In this document: one piece after another, positions 23,681-37,589 of the stretch
Layout of the letters: each line of letters opens with the position of its first letter
How positions within the stretch are numbered: position 1 is the first letter of the stretch
From: Squalus acanthias
Lineage: Eukaryota
Reading direction: 5' to 3'
Assembly: GCA_030390025.1 (NCBI GenBank)
Contig: CM059437.1
Location: 77,874,001 to 77,938,000 of the forward strand
DNA length: 64,000 bases
The notes under the pieces: model-generated
The model's database searches: none
What the model was told of the DNA's origin: nothing
The model's input: only the letters and a program-made list of their open reading frames with translations
Program-made: the position numbers and the translations under genes

Positions 23681-26600
23681 AAATGAGAATGGATATTGTG
23701 GCAGCATCTGACCGGTAACATGTCTGGATCTTTAGATTGGGGAGGAAGAAGGGAAACAGACAGCTTCAACAGAAAGTTTATTGCTGCTCTTAAAATTTAC
23801 AGCTGTCGTGACCTGGAATCTTTCACCTGCATGCTGCGAACATGAACAACTCTTTTGATGTTTTAGTGAATTGCTGCACAAAATTGCCTTAAGCTTAATG
23901 TGCTCCCAGATGGCATTTTGGCCAGTTTGAGCCAATATTAAAAATCACGTCAGAGCCAGGAATTAATTATGTTTTTTTAATAAAAGAAAAAGTGCACTGG
24001 AGAGAGATTGTTATGTGCAGTATATTGCATTGGTTAGATACAGTATTTTGCATCGGTTATGGATGCAGTAACTACCTTGAAAACTTAATTATAGGTGGCT
24101 AGTCGGTGCAGTTAAATCTTGCCTATTCAAGTAAAATGAAAGTGCTTTCTCTCTCTCTTGTCCACTGAATCAGTACAATCCACTCTTAATTTGGAGTCAC
24201 TTAATTCAAATTATCTGATAATTCAAATTTTCTTAGTCCAAAAAATAACTTTGGATGAATAGCAATAAACTGGAATGAGATTTCCTTGGCCGATCTTAAT
24301 CCAATGGTCATGACCTCACAGAGCAAAACTGCTTCTTTTTAAATGAGTGATTTGCCGTGAGCTTTGAATAAATTGAACGTAACTTTGACAGCGTCTCGCT
24401 TCCACGAATGCGTCCATGATAGATATGATCATGTACATTTGTATTAAGGTCCTGAACTTTGGCTGCTTTCACCGCACGAGAGGGGACTGCTACTCCGCAG
24501 CATGGTCTGCTGCATCTGATGATTGATTTGTTAGTTAAATCCCCCTGAGTGACTGTACTGCAACTTGCTTAAAAAGGAGTAGATCTGAAACCGAAAAGGC
24601 CAGTTTGTGTGCAGAGCATTGTTGCCCCTTCCCCCCAACAGTTGTATGCTTGTCCATAGTCTTTTAATTAAATGCTATATTTTTAGAACTTCCCCTTCCT
24701 TTTGAGTGCAGATGTTTGGCATTGGTTTATGGCAGTTCAGATTGCCAGTATTAATAATACTGCTCAGGTGAAACCACGTGATAACCTTTTTATGAATCTG
24801 ATGCAAATGCTCCTCTGATACAAAGCAATAGTAATTAGCCCTGACTTATTTTGAGAAGCACATTCAGTAGATGTGGAAATGGGCACTTATATAATTGTAC
24901 TGACACAGCTAAGGAAATGGTAGCAGATGTGGTATTTTTTTTTTAAAGAGGAAGCTTTTCTGGGTCACTACAGTTCTACAGTGCCTCTTTTCATATTTTA
25001 GTTTTAGTAGTGGTGTTTTACCAAGTCCAGGAATGTTTAATTTTGCAGCTATTTACATGAGCACTTGTCAAGGAGTGAGATTTTGTTTAAGTTGGACATG
25101 CCATTTGGAAGTTGGGTAGCGTTGTATTGTATCATGTTTACGCTGCGATTCAGTATTGTAGCAGTGTTTGAATCGGCAGAGTCACCCTGTTTTTATTGTT
25201 TCTCTTCCACTACGTGGTTGCAACCTTTTACACTTCTTTCACATTTCCACAAATGTGTGCTGACATCAGTAATTTGCAAAAAGCCAACAATTTGCACATG
25301 GATCAGTGACAAGTACTGCAAAGAATCCAAATTTACCCCGGCATAAAACCTTCCCCTGCGTGGGCCGGGAGTAAGCCGGCACTGATTCAGGATGCATCAT
25401 TTGACTAATTTTCATTGCCAAGTATAGATATAATTTTGACTCCATGTTGGCCTTCATTTGCTATAATTCTGTCCTCTATCGTACCTTACTCTTAGGTATT
25501 AAATTGGAAGTGATAAGTAGCCATCTTGTCCTCTTCCTTTGGCCAGGAAAATGTATCCCTTTAAGTTCCTGCAGGATTTAGGACCTTAGATTTCCCATCC
25601 TTTAATGGGCAAGTTGCCTATCCCAAGTCCTTGTTCATGCCTGCGCTTTTCCCAAAAAATGCAAATATAGATAAACTTGGAAATGAGGACAGGTTTAGTT
25701 GGCTGGCTGCTAACCCTGCCCTGCCCACCTCCCGTCAATTTTGCATTTATAATTGAAATCAGCCTGTTACCTTTATAACTGAAATCAGCCTGTTGGAGTC
25801 CTTTGGCCATAGAATGATTTTTCTGGCTGTCTATAGGCTCTTGTACATATTTTCAGGTCTCTTCTGGTTTAAGTATTGTCATGACATCCTGCAACCCACC
25901 TGACTATACAAACCTGTGTAATACCATCATTGTTTTACTGTCTTGACAATCATCTCAGTTAAGCTTCCTTATCACATTTAACCTGGGTGTTAACGTTCAC
26001 ATTCGTTTTGGAAAAGGATTTTAAGTTATGAATTCTGATGCAATACGCTTTCTCCAGAACACATTTTGGTCAGCTTTATAATAAGAAGCTATTAGCATTT
26101 CCTAGCAGTTGGCTTGTTCTGAATTCCAAAATATTAACGTAAACTAGAATGGCATCATCTCTGGATCTGATCCAAGAGTAAAGGTCAGTTTATATGTTTC
26201 TCAAACTGTTTTGTATTGTCATTCTGAATTAATCTTTGTCATCAAAGTAAAGAGACGTTTTTTTCCCCCAAGAGTTTGGACATTACTTCTAACAGACATT
26301 GGTCTGAATAGATGAAAAGTAAGTTGAGCTGTTTCCTGGCATATCACTTGTCTGATGATAAAAATGGAAACATATGAAAAATAGTCAATATCATTCACGA
26401 CAGGAAATGTGCACTGAGCTGTACAGATGAAGCCCTTTTGGGGAATGCTGCTTTGTATCCTGTCTTCCAAAGAAGTTAATTTAATGTTTCAATAATGTTT
26501 ACAAACAATTAAAGTTCCATTTAATTGCAAGTATTTTTATGACTGGGGGAAAAAAATGCAAGAAATAGCACCTGCACATAAATCTTACTAAATTAATTAA

Positions 26601-28899
26601 ATTTAATCCATAGAACGTTCTGCAGTCTCAGTTTACTAAACGTTGTACAATCTGTTATATTTAAGGGGAATGTCACTGGTGAGAAAATCTTTTTCAATTT
26701 GAATTATTTACCCTCTACCCGGCACAGTTTCAGGGAAAATTCATGAAAGATCCTTAAGATCCTCTATCTAATAGGAGGAAACGTGAGATCCCTCCTCTCA
26801 TCGGCTGGGGATGCCATGTCGGGTCGGAAAGCTGGAATCGAGCTACTCGGTTGATTTATTATCTGCTTGATTTAAGCAGCCGCACGAAATCACACACAAA
26901 GAACTATTGCACACTCGCCAGTGGCTTGTGGTCATGTTTTATATAAAAATTGCACCATCGTCGTTTAATGTCCAGTTACAGTTGTGGCTCCAAGGGCTGA
27001 TCCAGGTTCTATCTGACCTGAAGTCTATCTGCCCTGGAAAATTTCTGGCTCGACTTTTTTTTTTAATCAGAATCATTGAAAGCTGCATCCTGCGAGCTAG
27101 CTTCTTTTAAAAATGCTCAGATGTAAAGTAAAGCTTTTATGTGTGTTTTTGATACAAGCTGCTCAATTTTCCTTCCTAATATAATTGCTTGCAAACTTAA
27201 GGCTCCCGCAGCTTCTTACAGTGAATAAAGCCGACCCCCCCCCCCGCCCCCCATAATGGCCCTGCTGAATTCTCACATGTTAAAATCTGTACATCTAATA
27301 TTAGAATGAATAGTGAATATCTGGTTCTCTTTATATTTTACAACATTACAATAGTAACTCCACTTCAAAAGTACTTCATTGGCTGTAAAGCGCTTTGAGA
27401 CGTCTGGTGGTCGTGAAAGGCGCTATATAAATGCAAGTCTTTTTACTGGTCATACTCTAGATAAATGTGATCGTAATGGTTGCAGTAATAATTAAAAGGA
27501 AGTACTTATAGCTGCAACCTGTTGCTGAACATCTAAACAATAACACTCTTGACTCTCTCTATTTGAAATTTAATTTATGCACACATAGAATAAAATGGTA
27601 TCCAAGTATTTGTGGGTGGCTGAGTGGAGTTTAGCAAATATTGGATTTCTGTACATCTGACTTAATTATTAAAATTTGTTACAATGTGGATTATTTAGAA
27701 GAAAGTCAGGCTGACATCTATCTAAAAAAAAATGCTTTTAATAAACAGCAAGCAACTGTAATATTGAAGAAATGTTTCTGACCCGTAAACCAGTATTTAT
27801 CTTGGATGTGCAAGAATTCTTTGTTCTACATCTGTTGCAAATGATTAAGGCCAGAAACTGAAAAAACTAAATCAAGGTACATGTCAAATGCAACTTGGAA
27901 GATTATCAAATATCCTTCGTATTTTATTATATCTTCTCTAGTATAAGAAAACTGAATATGAGCCTTAAAATGTTTTTATGGAAAGTGACTGATGCAATCC
28001 GTATCAAATCCTAAGTAAATTATTTGAGTGAATGGAAAACACTATCACCAAGAATTTCCTTCGGGCTTCTCCCACTCTGCTGCCAGAAATTCAGCGCAAA
28101 CCCCATTTTACACACAGTAACTAGTTTCTGCCAAAAGTTTCAGGGGCAGAAGAGGAGGCAAAGCTCCACGGAAATTTCTGACCTATGGAGCTTGGAAGAA
28201 TGGGGGTAGATCAATTGGTCACTCTGCCATCTTCATTTGCAACTTCAACTACACATGGTGCCCAATGGTTGTATCCAAGCTATGGTAATATCGTACATTG
28301 CTGAGCCAAATTCTGTTGTAATCTGCTGGTGGTTTACATCTAAGAAAGAAAGAGTTGCATTTATATCACGCCTTTCACGGCCACCAGACGTCTCAAAGCG
28401 CTTTACAGCCAATGAAGTACTATTTAAAGTGGAGTCACTGTTGTAATGTGGGAAACTGAAAGAACCATCAGGAATGTTGGTTAGGAATAAATTCCAAAGT
28501 AATCTGGGCTGATCTGGAGTTATTGCAACTCATTCTTTTCCAATGAATTGGGTTGTATTCCAGGTAAATTCAGTTCAGATGTTTGAACACAAAAGACTAC
28601 ACTGGAAATTGCGGTGTGAATTATTCCAAATGTAGAACTCGGATTCAGATTTTGAAAAAAGGAAGATGAAGTTCTATTTTGTAAATTCAGATATATATTT
28701 GCTCTGCAGTGTTCGGCCTTCCTGGTGATTTGATGCGTTTGTTTAAGGGGCAGTCATACGCCATGGGACCAGTATCTGTAGAATGTGATGCAGATCTGAG
28801 CTGCATGATTGGCTCTTTGCCCACCAGTAATGGAGCTTTGCATTTGCATGCTTGCTCATACGCACAGAGTTCTGCTCGACATCTTGTGAATGCAGTTAA

Positions 28900-29310
28900 A
28901 AAAGAAAGACTTGCATTTATGAAGTACTATTTAAAGTGGAGTCACTGTTGTAATGTAGGAAACGCGGCAGCCAATTTGCGCACAGCAAGCTCCCACAAAC
29001 AGCAATGTGATAATGACCAGATAATCTGTTTTTGTATGTTGGTTGAAGGGATAACTATTGGCCAGGACACCGGGGATAACTCCCCTGCTCTTCTTCGAAA
29101 TAGTGCCATGGGATCTTTTACATCCACCTGAGAGAGCAGACGGGGCCTCGGTTTAACGTCTCATCCGAAAGACGGCACCTCCAACAGTGCAGCACTCCCT
29201 CAGCACTGCACTGGAGTGTCAGCCTAGCTTTATGTGCTCAAGTCCCTGGAGTGGGATTTGAACCCACAACCTGCTGACTTAGAGGCGAGTGTGCTACCAA
29301 CTGAGCCACA
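28900..29310 (-). mobile_element. Deu-domain SINE with tRNA-derived head
   Basis: The minus strand starts gtggctcagttggtagcac (A box)...gggttcaaatcccac (B box), then the Deu core. Further fragments at about 27340-27441 (+), 28342-28456 (-), 37023-37210 (-) and 46036-46255 (+). Confidence 0.85.
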
Positions 29311-29319
29311 ACTGACACT

Positions 29320-29765
29320 TAACATAAGAACTAGGAGCAGGAGTAGGCCATATGGCCCCTCGAGCCTGCTCTGCCATTCAATAAGATCATGGCTGAACTT
29401 TTACATCAACTCCACTTTCCCGCCCTATCCCCATATTCCTTGATTTCCTTAATGCCTTAAAATCTATTGATCTCAGTTTTGAATATACACAATGACTGAG
29501 CATCCACAGCACTCTGGGGTACAGAATTCCAAAGATTCACAACCCTCTTTGAGTGAAGAAATTTCTCCTCATCTTAGTCCTAAATGCCTCCTAGTTCTAG
29601 ACTCCCCAGCCAGGGGAAACAACCTCTCAGCATCTACCCTGTCAAGCCCTCTAAGAATTTTATACGATTCAATGAGATTACCTCTCATTCTTCTAAACTC
29701 CAGGGAGTACAGGCCCATTCTACGCAATCTCTCCTCATAGGACAACCCTCTCATCCCAGAAATCA
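29320..29765 (-). mobile_element. CR1 LINE 3' fragment
   Basis: GLSYEERLRRMGLYSLEFRRMRGNLIE on the minus strand, plus the CR1 3' UTR. Confidence 0.9.
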
Positions 29766-29849
29766 ATTTTGTTTAAATTTAATATTGGGAGATAGCCAAT
29801 CCATGATGTGTGATTTACGACACATTTATTCCAAAGAGTTACAATTAAA

Positions 29850-29960
29850 TCAGAAATAAAAACAGAAAATGCTGGAAATACTCAGCAGGTCAGGCAGCAT
29901 CTGTGGAGAGAGAGAAACAAAAGTTAACGTTTCAGGTCGATGGCCTTTCGTCAGAACCAG
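29850..29960 (-). mobile_element. PLE family A terminal repeat with hammerhead motif (29922-29958)
   Basis: Reverse complement reads ggttCTGACGAAAGGCCATCGACCTGAAACGTTaact. Confidence 0.8.
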
Positions 29961-30014
29961 ACATCAGAGTGACTAATAACCTATTTGGCATTGGCTCCCA
30001 ACCACTGAAAGTCT

Positions 30015-30950
30015 TTATGTAGCTCCCCCAATGGCTTAGCTGGTTAATGCAGTGAGGAGCTAATCCGCACACAATAGTAAGGTTCCACATTTGATCCCTG
30101 CATCAGCTGACCTCAGCCAGGGTTTGAGAAGGGGTGGTGCAGTTTGGCTTGGGGTTGGGGAAGTTAGGAGTAGGCCTGACTTCATATTCCTGACTACTAT
30201 GCAGGAATCCCCTACTGGAAGTGTGCATGTATGTATGTCAGAAGGGGACATGATCAGGCCTGGCTGTGAGCCCTTATTATTGAATAGCCTGTTGGGCACT
30301 GCCCTTGGAACTGTACCACAGTGAATGCCTTCAGGAGAAGGGCCAGGGAAAAACTAGTAGTAGCAAATTAAGTTTTAATTGAACCAATTAGGAACTTTTT
30401 AAACTTGGTTATACTGCACCTATTGTGAAGCTCAAGTGGTGTGACACTGCCTCCTGACATGATGGTCAGATCACTGACTCTCTCAAATGTTTAAGGTTTT
30501 CATTTATATATTTAATACTGTCCAAAAATAGATTGATTAAATAAAATAACCGACTCCACACTCGGTTGTCAAATACTATTGTGGAAGTTCAAAGTGTGCT
30601 TCCCTCATTGTATCAGTGGATAAGGGATGTGATGTTGAACCATGCAGTTCAGGAAGATGCAAGGTTTAATCCCTGGTATTTGCTGAGTTAGCTGGTCTTA
30701 GCTGGGGACAGTGTTTGTGGCACACTGTGCATCCAGGTCAGCTAGGGGGGAAAAATTGTTGACGGTTCCCATTCTTAAATCTGCAGGGAAAGAGCACATA
30801 TGAGGAGATAAATTGGGCGCAGCTGTGATGGCCAAATATCCTGCTGACACTCGCTGTAGAGACTCAAATGTGAGGAATGGCCATTTTCAATGAGATTCTG
30901 GTGGAGACCCGCCTGCTCCTGTGAAGGCACACACAGCATGAGTCAGCGCT
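30015..30950 (+). mobile_element. Two old copies of an unnamed SINE-like family; others at about 20255-20520, 34790-35105 and 41780-42060
   Basis: Recurrent motifs ctggaa(a)gtg.gcat.tgtg, ggctgtgatg, tagcctg..aacact, atgaagaatggccac and ccttcagg. Confidence 0.55.
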
Positions 30951-30954
30951 CTAA

Positions 30955-31355
30955 GTGTCAGCTTGGCTCAGTGCTTGCATCTTTGTCTCTGAGCTGTGAA
31001 TTCAAGTTCCCCAGTAGTGCACTACTGAGGGACTGCTGCACTGTTGGAGGTGCTGTCTTTCAGATGTGATATTAAACTGAGGCCCTATCTGCCTGTTCGA
31101 GTGAGCAGAAAAGATCCCTTGATACTATTCAATGAAGAGCAGAGGAGTTCTCCCAGTGTCCTGGCCAGCAATGATTCACAACCCAAACAAATTAACAGGT
31201 CATTTATCTCATTATTGTTTGTGGGGCATTGCTGTGCACAAATTGGCTGCTGCATTTGCCTACAAAATAATAGTGACTGTATTTCAATAATAATTAATTG
31301 GCTGTGAAGTGTTTTGGGATATCCTGAGGACATGCTAGATGCTATCTCTAAGCAA
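30955..31355 (+). mobile_element. Deu-domain SINE, diverged
   Basis: tggctcagtg head; actgagggactgctgcactgttggaggtgctgtctttcagatg core. Confidence 0.75.
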
Positions 31356-31622
31356 GTTTTTTTTTATTGGTTTCTTTCTTTCATGAGGGGAGAAAATTGG
31401 GGGAACAACTAAATGTGGGCAATAAAGCGGAAAGAACAAATTTAACTTTATATAGCACATTTTCATGATGTCCCACAGTGCTTCAAAACCAAGCAATTAC
31501 ATTTAAAATGCAGTCACTGCTATTATCTAGTAATGATGTGCTGATTAGAGAGTCACAGAATGTCAGATGCCAACCATAATGATTACTTGAATATTTTGCC
31601 TTAAATGGGCTGAAACTTTATT

Positions 31623-31882
31623 GGGCCGAAAATTGATCCCATGCTGTGCCATGCTGTGAGACTTATGAATGGAAGATGGTGTGCTGCCATTGGCTCTAAC
31701 TGAGTCACGTGATCCCACAGCTCGCACGAATTAACTACGCCGCTGGGATACGCAAGCCCAGCACAGCTGATGTCTGGAACATCAATTTCGTGCGAGCTGG
31801 ATCAGAAAAAGCATAAGCGAGGTGAGACATCGCGGGAAAGGCTTACCCCCGCGGGAACAGAGCGAGATCAATTTCTGGGCCC
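31623..31882 (-). mobile_element. Short MITE related to the 20561/58020 family
   Basis: TIRs gggccgaaaattgatc and gatcaatttctgggccc; shares the tgctgccattggctctaactgagtcacgtgatccc block. Confidence 0.7.
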
Positions 31883-33751
31883 ACGTGTGTTAACAACATA
31901 CTACCTAATTGATGCACAAATTGGCCAGCAAATTCAGGGGATTAAGCTGTGAGATGTGAATCTCCAGAATTTGCTGGTCGATTTATGCTGCTCTACCATT
32001 TGCTTCACAGAAACAGCATCTCATCCTTAGCCTCCCCATTATTTTTAAGAGCTTGCTGGATTTGCACATTAATTGCCCACTAAACTTACCGCAGAAAGTT
32101 AAGGCTGGAACTTAGCAGTGTAAGTACCTTTTTAACGACGTGATAATTGTTAATGCAATGCCAATCAACCTTTCTGGCCTAGAAAGGGAACAATTTAAAC
32201 TGTTCAATCTCATTCCTGCATGTAGTCAATTGTTGTTAGAAATTTTAAAAATGTCAAATTTCAAATTTTTTATGTTTTAATTTTTTCCTTTCTATCTCAA
32301 TTTTTCCCTCTCTTAATCCAATCTTTCTTTCTCTTTCTCTGATTTGACTCTAATTTACCTTCCTTCACCTTCGTTCCTTTTTCTTTCTCAATCCTTAAAT
32401 CTCATTGACTGTTGGTCCCAGCGTTGAGTAAGGTCCCAGATGCCCCGTTATCAGCTCGCACTTCCAGCAAGTTACGGCGCAAATGATTTTCAAGCTGAAG
32501 GGTACAGAAAAAGGTTTAACTAATGGTGCACGCCATGAGATGCCCTGCTCCAACAAGATATGGCCCAATATCTTACTTTATTTTGTTGTAATCAGCGCTT
32601 TACAGTTTTAGTATTCCAAATTTTAAATAAGAATTAGCAACATTATTTGCCCAATGGCTGCCTAAGTAATTAAAATAAATTAATTAGAATAAAATAAATA
32701 AATGACTAAAGGTCATTGACCTAAAACATTAACTCTGTTTCTCCCTCCACAGATGCTGCCTGACCTGCTGAGTATTTCCAGCATTTTCTGTTTTTATTAA
32801 AATAAAGGTTCTGTGGCAAATGAATAATGTAATTGGAGTTTGTGGACACTTTGTCACCAGTGTGAATAGTGACCAGAGAGAGATTCTAATGGCTAATTTT
32901 ACTGATTACTGTTCCACATCAGTCCTCCTTTTCTTCCTTTTCTCTCCTCCTACTGTCGCTATTTCTTTCCTCTTCCTCAGTTTTGCTTTGCCGATATTTG
33001 CTAAATGGAGATTGAAGAACATGGTCGCCATGATCTTTCAACAGCTCGACCACTACTTTTAAAACTAGAGCATTTAGCAGTTTGATGAACAGATATTAAT
33101 TTGGTCATTCAAAGGCACATATGAACAATAGGGATAGGGCCAGTTTAAGGTGCCTGCAAATCCTGTGGTTTCATGGGGGCCTTAAATCTTATCTAATGAA
33201 AATTTAAATTGAGGAGCGTCTCACTGAAAGAGAGGGGTGATGAGCAGTTTAAGTATACGTTGCCCCAATTTTTTCACAATGGGCTATCTTTCCCCCCTCA
33301 ACTGGAATCTATCAGTCACCAGTGCTACAATATGTAATGTGCATTGTTATTTTTGAAGTTTTGAAAAGATTCAGTGGGACAGGCAGTCCAAAATGAAGAA
33401 AGTTCCTAATCATTTTCATTATTTAATGTGCAGATAAGGTCAAATGTAATTTGGAGTAAACCATTTAATTGGACCCAATCATCAAATATTAACAGTCTGT
33501 AATGAAATAACCTCTACAACACCAGTGGCGGCCCGATCCCCCTTTGCACTTCACCAGCGAGCTGCCTGTTGCTTTCCACAGCTCGCTGCCTCCATGGAAA
33601 TGATGCATGGGGCCCAATATCAGGGGCTCCTTGGGCCGCACCATTCAGGCGCAGGGATTGATCCCTGTGCCCTCACCCCACCCCTCCCATGCACCCAAAT
33701 ATGGGCGCAACCTAATTTCTAGGCCTATATGCTTCCACAGCAGGCATGCAT

Positions 33752-34717
33752 AAAGAAAGAAAGACTTGCATTTATATAGCGCCTTTCACGACCACCAGAT
33801 GTCCCAATGCTCTTTACAGTCAATGAAGTACTTTTGAAGCTCAAGGAACAGCACCTCATCTTTCAATTAGGCACTCTACAGCCCTCTGGATTCAACATAG
33901 AGTTCAACAATTTCAGATCATAACCCTGGCCCCTATCACATATATATATTTTTTTATTTTATTTATTTTTTTATCCACACTTTTGTTTGGCCTTTTTTTC
34001 TTCCCTCCCACATGGCAGCTGTCCTTCATTCTGCCAGCGCAATTCACACTTCATCTGAAGCCATCCTTTGTTCCTCAACCTGTCCCTTTTCCACCTCCTC
34101 TTGCCTTGAATATCTCTTAATGTCTCCTGCTTTCTATCCTTTCACTGACCTTCCCTTTTGTTCTTTCATCCCCTCCCCCTTTTCCCAGCCCTAAACTTGC
34201 TTTAAAATCTATTTCATTTCCTGCTTTTTTCCAGTTCTGACGAAAGGTCTTCGACCTGAAACCCTAACTCTGTTTCTCTCTCCACGGATGCTGCCTGGCC
34301 TGCTGAGTTTTTCCAGCGTTTTCTGTTGTTATTTAAGTACTTTTGAAGTGTAGTCACTGTCGTAATGAAGGAAATGTGGCAGCCAATTTGCGCACAGCAA
34401 GCTCCCACAAACAGCAATGTGATAATGACCGGATAATCTGTTTTAGTGATGTTGATTGAGGGATATATATTGGCCAGGACACCGGGGAGAACTCCCCTGC
34501 TCCTCTTAGAAACAGTGCCATGGGATCGTTTACGTGCACCTGAGAGCAGACGGGGCCTCGGTTTAACGTCTCATCCGAAAGACGGCACCATCTGACAGTG
34601 CAGCACTCCCTCAGTACTGCACTGGAGTGTCAGCCTAGATTTTTGTGCTCAAGTCTCTGGAGTGGGACTTGAACCCACAACCTTCTGACTCAAAGGCGAG
34701 AGTGCAACCAACTGACC
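33752..34717 (-). mobile_element. Deu-domain SINE split by a PLE insertion
   Basis: SINE tail at 33752-33839 and body at 34335-34717. Confidence 0.85.
33840..34334 (+). mobile_element. PLE family A, 5'-truncated copy
   Basis: Near-identical to 17901-18413. TSD aagtacttttgaag at 33826-33839 and 34335-34348. Confidence 0.92.
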
Positions 34718-36533
34718 CATCATGTGATTGGAATTTGAGAAAGAGAAATTAAACACCCCAATATCTGCTGGTTAAGACAGCAAGTAATTGGAAAAACAGT
34801 CCAGGTCCTAGTTTGATCTAGTTAGCTAATGCAGTGGTGGAGAGGTTACATTTACCTCAATGCCCTTGGTTATGGTGGAGAAAATTGGTCAGGGCTTCTC
34901 TTCTGGAAGTGCATCTGTGTGGGTGTTGAGTGCAGTTGGGATCAGGAACAGTTTTGATGGCTGTATAGTTGAGTAGCCTGTCAACACTCCTCTACTTGCA
35001 TATGAAGAGCAACCACTTGGGGAATTAGCAAAAGGTGCCTGGCAGCCAAGGAACTATACTCCAGCAAGGAGTCGATGTCTTCAGGGCAGGGGAGAAAACA
35101 GGGAGGAATGAAAAAAGACAAATTGCACTGTATGGAGTGAGCAACAGGCAGTAGGGCAAGGTGCAGAAGAGAACTACAGCTAGTCAGAGGAAAGATCTGT
35201 TGCCAGTTTATACTGGCAAGTTTTCACATGTATCTGATTCAGTACCAGCATGAGTCCTGCCTCTGAGGGGGGTCTCATTAATGCCACTTTTGATTCAGAA
35301 CTCAAAAATTGGATTTACAGTGACAAATCGAGGTCAAGCTGAATCCAACCTCTGCCACCAAAAACATGCTGAAAGTGATTTTTCCATTGGCGTCTACGGA
35401 GTTCTTGAACTAGAGAAGTGTTTGTTTGTGATTGGTAGAAAGAAAATTGAGGAATAAGGAATTTGCAATTCTGAAAACTCAGTGAATAAATGTACTGCGC
35501 AATGTCTGAGCTTAGGAAGGTTCAAATTTTCATCCCCGCTTTGTGCTAAATTAGCTGAGCTGAGCCAAGGTTGAGAGCAGATCTACCGTTGGTCAGTATG
35601 GACAGGATCAGGCTTGCCCGTGAAAGTTGGCAGATATTTTTTCTTTTTTGCACTATTAGCCATTTTGTCTCATGACAATCGTATAAAATAGCTTAGATGT
35701 TATTAGAAAAGAGGGATATTGAAGAGACAGCTTTCTGATCATTTTAACATTCATCCTACAGAGGCCAACAAAGCACACCCAGATTTTTAAAGGGGGCAGG
35801 ATATGTGCACGCAAGCCCCAAAGTGGGCGGCACACCCAGAAAGCTCGGGGACGTGAAGTCCCTGCCGATCTTAACGGCAGGGCCTCATTTAAATAAAAGT
35901 TCCCAGAGTACCGCCCGACCCCCGGCCAGAGTCATTACCTGGCCGGCGAGTGGGAGCGGAAATTTAGTGGCAGGAGGCCGCAGCCAAGGACCCGTGGGAA
36001 CGGTCCCTGGCAGTCAATGGGAGGAGGGATCTCAAAGACGATAGGAGATCGGGAGGGAGAATGGGGCTGGGGATTCCAAGGTGATCGTAGATTGAAGGGA
36101 GGTCGGGGCTGGGGAGGCCCAAGGACTCCTGGCCCACAAGGAGCTCTTAACTTTGGCCTCTTCTGGCCAGTCAGTGCCTCTCGCTATGGTTCTGCTGCTG
36201 GGCTGCAGACACTGCAGGACCCCCCCCTGACTTCAGGTTAATATTGCGTTGCAGGTGATGATGATGTTTTGCCTGTTAAGTTGGCCCCCACCAGCCTTTA
36301 GAGGGAGCATCGTCAATTACATGGTCTGCCGTCATAAATATCACAGCGGCCGGGAACGCAGTGGGTTGTAGCCGGGAGGTAGAATTTTCAAATTTTAACT
36401 CCTTCCACACACCATGCCCGCTGGGCAAGGGGGGGTTAAAATCTCGGCCCTTGTCTCTATAAGTTAGTTGCTACAGTATCATTTTTCGCAAACTAATATT
36501 CAATTCCATAACCTCCAAATGACAATCTAGAGT

Positions 36534-36874
36534 TAGGTTTGCCAACTCTGGTTGGATGTATTCCAGGACATGACTTCTCTCCCCACGTTCCCGCCATTGG
36601 TCACCGACACATCCATCTACAGGGTGAACCACCTTCCCACGTCAATTGGAAACCAAGCAGAATCTTCGGTGCCTGATTGAATTGGGCTGTCAGTCAAATT
36701 GCTTTACCTACCTCCGCCCCCGAATCTCCAATATTTTTATAACCAATAAACGAAAGCGTTCAAAGAAAATGGAAAAAAAAAAAAATTTTTTAATGCCCCT
36801 TTGCAACAGTGTTCTGGAGATTAATCTTTAATTCCTGGAGACTCCGGGGCAATCCTGGAGGGTTGACAACCCTA
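36534..36874. mobile_element. hAT-superfamily (Blackjack-like) MITE
   Basis: TIRs taggtttgccaac and gttgacaacccta; imperfect 8-bp TSD tctagagt/cctagaga. Confidence 0.75.
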
Positions 36875-37589
36875 CCTAGAGACAAATTTAGTAATCGCAG
36901 AAGTGGAACATTTGCAAAAGATAGAATATTTCAAAGCAATGAACAACATTGGACCAGAAAGTGCTAATGACTTATGGAGCATTGAAAGCATCCATTTCAG
37001 AAAGCAGAGATCAAGTGGATTCAAAGAAAGAAAGAAAGACTTACATTTATGTAGCGCCTTTCACAATCTCAGGACGTCTCAAAGCGCTTTACAGCCAATT
37101 AAGTACTTTTTGAAGTGTAGTCACTGTTGTAATGTAGGAAATGCAGCAGCTAATTTGTGCACAGCAAGCTCCCACAAACAGCAATATAATAATGATCAGA
37201 TAATCTGTTTAACTGGAATAACATCAGATGGGGTCCCCAGATAGCATGCACTTCACAGGACAAAGGTTTCTGTTTTATCAGCTCCGTAGAGAATAATTGA
37301 GGTTGAATTCACTGTTTTTATTCCCCCAAGTGTCTCTATCCTTTCAAGTGAATCTCACATGAGGTCAGATCAGTAGCTTAAGGCAGTGGGTACTTTTCTG
37401 TTTATTAAAAGGTAGTGAACCAGTTGAGTCTCAAGCTTGCTTGTTTCTCAAACTGAATTTATTGAGTTAGCTACATTTTATCGGTCCTTAGCCAAGCTGT
37501 TAGTTGAGGCAATGTGTAAAAGCAAGCAACATCCAGAGCGCCACTATTAATTTTAGAAATGATCATTGATCATACTCTGAAAGCATCTG

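Noticed and set aside
36100..36150. Gly-Pro-rich translation (GGPRTPGPQGAL) as a collagen exon; similar at 53650-53730
   Set aside because: Both lie inside GC-rich MITEs, with no sustained Gly-X-Y and no matching splice sites.
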